From Setoptus koraiensis (lineage: Eukaryota; Animalia; Arthropoda), in NCBI GenBank assembly GCA_048013815.1, contig CM106585.1:19964001-20028000 (forward strand): a DNA stretch of 64,000 nucleotides, in the 5' to 3' direction. The stretch's first letter is position 1, and each line of letters begins with the position of its first letter. The notes under the pieces are model-generated. The model saw only the letters and a program-made list of their open reading frames with translations, was not told the origin of the DNA and did no database searches. Positions 60,232 through 64,000 of this stretch are shown here, in pieces. Position numbers and translations under genes: made by a program.

Positions 60232-63012
60232 TTAATACTCTTCAATTATACTCTTTGTTCTCAGATAATCCTGCAGGGCCTCGGCTCCCAAATCCTTGCC
60301 GAAACCACTTTGCTTGAAGCCACCAAACGGAGCGGCCACGTCAGTCTTGTTGTACACGTTTATGAAACATGTGCCCGCGTCTAGACCATCGGCAACGCGT
60401 TGCGCCTTGGATCTGTCTGATGTTATAACACCAGATGCCAGACCGTAATCGGTGCTGTTGGCTCTCTCGATAACTCCGTCGATGTCGCCATAACCAAACT
60501 TGCTCACAATCATTATTGGGCCAAACGATTCCTCTTTGGCGATAAACATGTCATCGGTGACATCCGTAAATACGGTCGGCATGAAAAAGTAACCCGCTCT
60601 GTCGGCGCGACGGCCTCCGTACACCAGCTTAGCGCCTTCCGCAACTCCCTTGTTACAAAAATCTATTAGGTGCTCCAAATGCTTCAAATGATTCTGTGGT
60701 CCGTGGTCTGTTGATCTCTTGAATGGATCATCAATTTTCATTTTGGCCACATTCTCAACAACACGTGCAATAAACTTGTCATGTACTTTGTCCTCTACAA
60801 ATATTCTTCCCGCTGCAATACAATTTTCACCCTTGTTGAAAAAGACACTCGACATACCATAACGGACGGCCTTGTCTAAATCACAATCGGAAAATATTAT
60901 CAATGGTGACTTTCCACCAAGTTCTAATGAGCATCGTTTAAGATTGGACATGGCACAAGATTGCATTATTCGTTTGCCGGTTGGCGTGCTACCCGTGAAG
61001 CCCAACTTTCGAATGCCAACATGATCGCAAAGTGCCTGGCCACACTCACCGCCAGTACCTGGCACAATATTTACGACACCGGGAGGAAAGCCAGCTCTGA
61101 CGGTTAGCTCAGCCCATTTCAATGCTGTCAAGGGACAAGCTTGTGCCGGCTTCAGAACAAGAGTGTTACCAGCTGCCAGACACGCGGCAGCCTTCCACGA
61201 CACCATCATCAATGGATAGTTCCAAGGTGTTATAATGGCACAAACACCGATGGGCTCCTTCTTGGTGATGGCCAAATTGCGGTTGGGTCGGGCCTGGTTG
61301 ATAGGTATCACTGAACCCTCGATCTTGTCGCACCATCCAGCGAAATACCTAAATACGTCTATCGACATTCCAATATGTGTCTTGATGGCTAATGTGTATA
61401 CTGCACCACTATCTAGAGTTTCAATGGTAGCTAACTCTTGCTTGTGTTGTTCCATAAGATCGGCCAGCTTGTTAAGGAGCTTACCTCGATCACGAGCATT
61501 CATTAGTCTCCATTTGCTATCAGGACGGAAGGCTTTCTGGGCAGCTTTCACAGCTTTGTCCACGTCTTCTCGGGTGGTCAATTGGACTTTGCAAATTGTT
61601 TCTTCGGTTGTTGGGTTTACAATATCCAAGGTGTGGTTTGGTTTTGAAGAGTTGACGAAATTGTTACCAATGAATATTTGATTGGGAAACGAAACTTCCA
61701 TCTTGTTTGCATGAATTACAACGGGCTTATAATCTTCAGGTAGTTTGCCGCTGGAAGAGCCCTCGCCGCGCATTTTTCTCACAACCAATTCGACAAAATC
61801 CTCGAATTGGGTTGCCATGTAAACATCCTCAGTCTCTAGCTCAGCACCGTCACCCACCAGATCTTTGACTTCCTCCACTAAACGAGTCACATCCATCGAG
61901 CTCGCGCCAGTATAGAAGAAATCTGTGCTAGCTGTGACATCGCACGATAATATAGCTTGCCATATGGTCTTGATGGAAGCTTGAAGTCTTGTCTCATCCT
62001 CGTTGAGAACTAACGGTGGCCTGTTTGCTTCTGGGCTGCCATATGACGATGCTAGAATCATTTTTCCTGTTGCTGCAAATTGAACTTTGGATACATTAAC
62101 TGGCCTATTGTCACCATTGGCAAACAACAACAGACCATCCTCGTGCACAATACCTTGCCTCGACATACCCTCGACATCTACCAATCTAACAGCTTCTGGT
62201 AGTCCGTTTTCAACACGATAAACGGAAGAACCAAAAAGACGAACCTTCTCCGGCTGTCCACCTGGTAGTGATAGGTTGATCCACGCTCCGGGAACTTTGT
62301 CCATACCTCTGATGAAATTGTGCACTACTTGAGCAGAGGAATTATCAAATTTCAGCTGACATAACTCATCCTTGTTTCTGAGAATGCCCTCGTACGTGGC
62401 AAGAGCCTCTGATTGAGGTATACGCGGTGCTTGGTTTGTGTTGATCAAGCCAACAGCTTCCACAAGTCCATCAATACCGGCTGGATATAGAAATCTAGTA
62501 TATAGAGTTTCAACCGTATCGTTGACCTCGATGTAGCACGATTTCTTGAGCAAAATCGGTCCTGTGTCAAGTCCATCGTCCGTCCAGAAGATTGTAAATC
62601 CAGCCTCCTCGTCACCCATGATAAGAGTCCAGTTAATAGAGGCACCACCACGATGTCTTGGCAACAGAGACGGGTGATAGTTGATTGATTTGAATTCTGG
62701 AGCTTCAATCACTTCAGTTGGAATGAATTGATTGCAATAGGGCAAAACGTTCAAATTGGCTCCGACGGATTTGTATTGCTCGACAACTTCGGGTATTGCC
62801 TGTTTCTTTAGTTGCCATCTCTTGAATTTGAACACTTTCAGATTGAATTCCTTGGCTGTTGTTGCCAATATATCCTCGCGACCTGTTCTTTCATCATCCG
62901 GAATGGTAAACACACCGGCTATTGTATAACCTTCATTGATGAGCTTTCGCAGAAATTCTGCCGAAAACGCCGACTGGCCTATTACGGCTATACGTAGTGA
63001 GCTAGTGACCAT
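60232..63012 (-). CDS. ALDH1L1: 10-formyltetrahydrofolate dehydrogenase (ALDH1L), intronless, no evident mitochondrial leader
   Basis: 926 aa. RIAVIGQS, HPSLLPRHRG, DDGLDTG (hydrolase domain), GASSMDV (carrier domain), [30 protein letters not shown]. Confidence 0.96.
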   Translation of the reverse strand: MVTSSLRIAVIGQSAFSAEFLRKLINEGYTIAGVFTIPDDERTGREDILATTAKEFNLKVFKFKRWQLKKQAIPEVVEQYKSVGANLNVLPYCNQFIPTEVIEAPEFKSINYHPSLLPRHRGGASINWTLIMGDEEAGFTIFWTDDGLDTGPILLKKSCYIEVNDTVETLYTRFLYPAGIDGLVEAVGLINTNQAPRIPQSEALATYEGILRNKDELCQLKFDNSSAQVVHNFIRGMDKVPGAWINLSLPGGQPEKVRLFGSSVYRVENGLPEAVRLVDVEGMSRQGIVHEDGLLLFANGDNRPVNVSKVQFAATGKMILASSYGSPEANRPPLVLNEDETRLQASIKTIWQAILSCDVTASTDFFYTGASSMDVTRLVEEVKDLVGDGAELETEDVYMATQFEDFVELVVRKMRGEGSSSGKLPEDYKPVVIHANKMEVSFPNQIFIGNNFVNSSKPNHTLDIVNPTTEETICKVQLTTREDVDKAVKAAQKAFRPDSKWRLMNARDRGKLLNKLADLMEQHKQELATIETLDSGAVYTLAIKTHIGMSIDVFRYFAGWCDKIEGSVIPINQARPNRNLAITKKEPIGVCAIITPWNYPLMMVSWKAAACLAAGNTLVLKPAQACPLTALKWAELTVRAGFPPGVVNIVPGTGGECGQALCDHVGIRKLGFTGSTPTGKRIMQSCAMSNLKRCSLELGGKSPLIIFSDCDLDKAVRYGMSSVFFNKGENCIAAGRIFVEDKVHDKFIARVVENVAKMKIDDPFKRSTDHGPQNHLKHLEHLIDFCNKGVAEGAKLVYGGRRADRAGYFFMPTVFTDVTDDMFIAKEESFGPIMIVSKFGYGDIDGVIERANSTDYGLASGVITSDRSKAQRVADGLDAGTCFINVYNKTDVAAPFGGFKQSGFGKDLGAEALQDYLRTKSIIEEY

Positions 63013-63289
63013 TGTTGATGCTCGTAGAACACTGCTGAAATTTAATCAAAATTGTTAAGCTGATGATATTATTTGTTGAAATGACATATAATTTGAAAAA
63101 GAAATAAATTTTGAATCATTCGCTGACCTTGAACTGAGATTCCTGAGTTGTTGACGTAATCACGCTGAATGAAACACTGGAACTTGGAACATCCATGTAG
63201 CGACACGCACATGTTTATATATGTGACTCGAATGTGGTAAGATCATTACGAAGTGTAGGCGTACATGCTAGTTAGCTATGGTAAGTTAG

Positions 63290-63765
63290 ATATTGATCGT
63301 AATCAGATTGCATCCCTCTTCAAGTAGTAACAGACAGACTTGGTTTGCAGACGGCTCACTTTTACTATGTTAGAGTTGCTCAAAGTTGAACGCAGCAAAA
63401 TAATGCTATGGATGGTATCGATATTGTCGAGCTTATTTGCCAGTCCGTATGATTTGTAAATTGGACAAGGTGTCTTTATCGTAATCAGATTGCATCTCGT
63501 TGAGTGGTGGAGGCCGAACTTGAGTGCGGGCGGCACATTTTATTCTATTAATGTTGTGGATGGTGCCAATGTTGTCGAGCTTATTTGCCAGTTTGTATGA
63601 TAGCTTGTGTGGATCGAGCAAGGTGTCTCTGTAGTTATCATGTTGCATCTAGTCAAGTATAGCAGAGGCCGAACTTGATTGGAGGCGTCTAAATCAATCT
63701 GTGCAAGTCAAAACTGCATAATGCTTCAGGATGGTAACCATATTGTCGAGCTTATTTGCCAGTCC
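63290..63765. repeat. Degenerate ~150-170 bp tandem repeat (about 3 copies)
   Basis: Shared core TGTCGAGCTTATTTGCCAGT at 63425, 63573 and 63744. Shared ATCAGATTGCATC, CAAGGTGTCT and GAGGCCGAACTTGA blocks. Confidence 0.8.
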
Positions 63766-64000
63766 TAACAAAGTTGTTGTATAATGGCACTACATAAGAC
63801 GGAGATTGCATAGCTATTATATCAATCTCTTTGTTGTTTATTTTATTTGTTAAGATACTATGATAACTTGGTGTAAATTGTAGATGCTTACACTCAGGAA
63901 ATTGCATCAATATCACTAGATAGCCTATCTGACAACATAACAACGTCTATTACACAATAGATAAGTGGTAAAATAAGGTGCCTGCGGACACACGTACAAG

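Larger units (their letters stand above)
57432..61966. repeat. Tandem segmental duplication, copy X2 (orphan ZP tail, intact PA2G4, continuous with intact ALDH1L)
   Basis: Direct sequence identity to X1, as listed for that copy. Confidence 0.95.

Noticed and set aside
1-64000. tRNA, rRNA, snRNA and transposable elements
   Set aside because: No T-loop/anticodon cloverleaf, snRNA 5' signature, transposase/RT motifs or terminal repeats with target-site duplication recognised by eye. A covariance-model scan was not possible.

Overview
Eukaryotic, gene-dense and intron-poor arthropod DNA. It is most consistent with a compact mite genome, which is an inference from gene content and intron loss. 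I found no rRNA, tRNA, CRISPR array or recognisable transposase. In order, the window holds: Blimp-1/PRDM1 (+, 3 coding exons, about 1417 aa, five C2H2 fingers, no PR domain seen in the window); a small candidate secreted, neuropeptide-like ORF; a roughly 11 kb stretch with no confident gene; a tight housekeeping block of PIG-S (-), WDR33 (-), NDP kinase (-) and DNA polymerase theta (+, two ORFs that an in-frame intron can join); a large PAN/Apple + ZP-domain apical-ECM gene of the Neyo/Nyobe/Morpheyus/Trynity type (+, 3 exons, introns of 9.8 and 6.2 kb packed with minisatellites, perfect inverted repeats and strongly enriched D-box and E-box motifs); and PA2G4 (-) and ALDH1L (-). The most striking structure is a complex tandem duplication (54041-57334 versus 57432-61966). 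A 100-bp templated insert at its junction supplies an in-frame ATG and creates a new 601-aa carrier-domain + aldehyde-dehydrogenase ORF. That ORF differs from its parent only at 4 synonymous sites, while the duplicated PA2G4 and ZP fragments carry disabling lesions. A haplotype or assembly artefact cannot be excluded without reads.
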